From: the human T2T-CHM13v2.0 reference genome, Homo sapiens
DNA: 64,000 nt
Direction: 5' to 3' (one strand)
Assembly: GCF_009914755.1 (NCBI RefSeq)
Contig: NC_060930.1
This document shows, one piece after another, positions 63,769-64,000 of the stretch; the first letter of the stretch is position 1, and each line of letters begins with the position of its first letter. Under the pieces are notes generated by a model. It made no database searches and was not told the origin of the DNA. It saw only the letters and a program-made list of their open reading frames with translations. The translations under genes and the position numbers were made by a program.

Positions 63769-64000
63769 GTGTTTAAAAACAAAAATTAATTGGGAGGCCA
63801 ATAGGCTGAGTTGGTTCCAGTGCCTTGGGTTCCCACATAAGCAAGCCAAAACCTAATTCAGAGGGAATAGTTATAGCCCAGAAAAACAAGCTTGGCCAAT
63901 CAGAAACTACCAACTAAGCTCCAACTAGAGGCTTCACCAATCAGAAACTACCTACTAAACTCTAACTAGAGACTTTACCAATCAGGAACCACCAAATAAC
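63769..64000 (+). mobile_element. Probable ERV LTR 5' part with a 41-bp CCAAT-containing tandem repeat (family not assigned)
   Basis: TG start, gggaggccaataggctgag...taagcaagccaaaacctaa, then three ccaatcag units at 63896, 63937 and 63978. Confidence 0.5.

Noticed and set aside
63896-64000. CRISPR-like repeat interpretation of the 41-bp units
   Set aside because: Units are tandem with no unique spacers and lie in eukaryotic intronic DNA with no cas genes.

Overview
Primate (almost certainly human) genomic DNA containing the 3' ~53 kb of MBOAT1 (lysophospholipid acyltransferase 1/LPEAT1) on the minus strand. I traced 12 coding exons (exons 2-13 in the usual numbering; exon 1 lies beyond the window end). 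All have canonical AG/GT boundaries and compatible phases. They give 1389 nt including the TGA stop, from VNFVVCQ... to ...INKRKTD*, with the MBOAT catalytic WHG motif intact. The rest is intronic, 3'UTR or downstream DNA rich in interspersed repeats: about 28 Alus, THE1/MLT/MST LTRs, Tigger3, MER1A/3/5/58, L1/L2/MIR remnants and microsatellites. I see no new protein-coding system; the six-frame ORFs are exon overhangs, Alu or microsatellite artefacts. The most notable unexplained structures are: (i) three separate short, non-tandem local duplications (about 150-340 bp, 90-94% identical, 1-2 kb apart), one with a direct-plus-inverted rearrangement around a CTCF-like spacer; (ii) a consensus-like AluYa5 with intact TSD in the 3'UTR; (iii) inverted Alu pairs bracketing exons 2-3, a circRNA/editing-prone layout; (iv) two antisense THE1 solo LTRs keeping the DUX4 motif, one 44 bp from the exon 5 acceptor; (v) a 41-bp-periodic CCAAT array at the window end. 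Repeat boundaries and subfamily calls are by eye and approximate.
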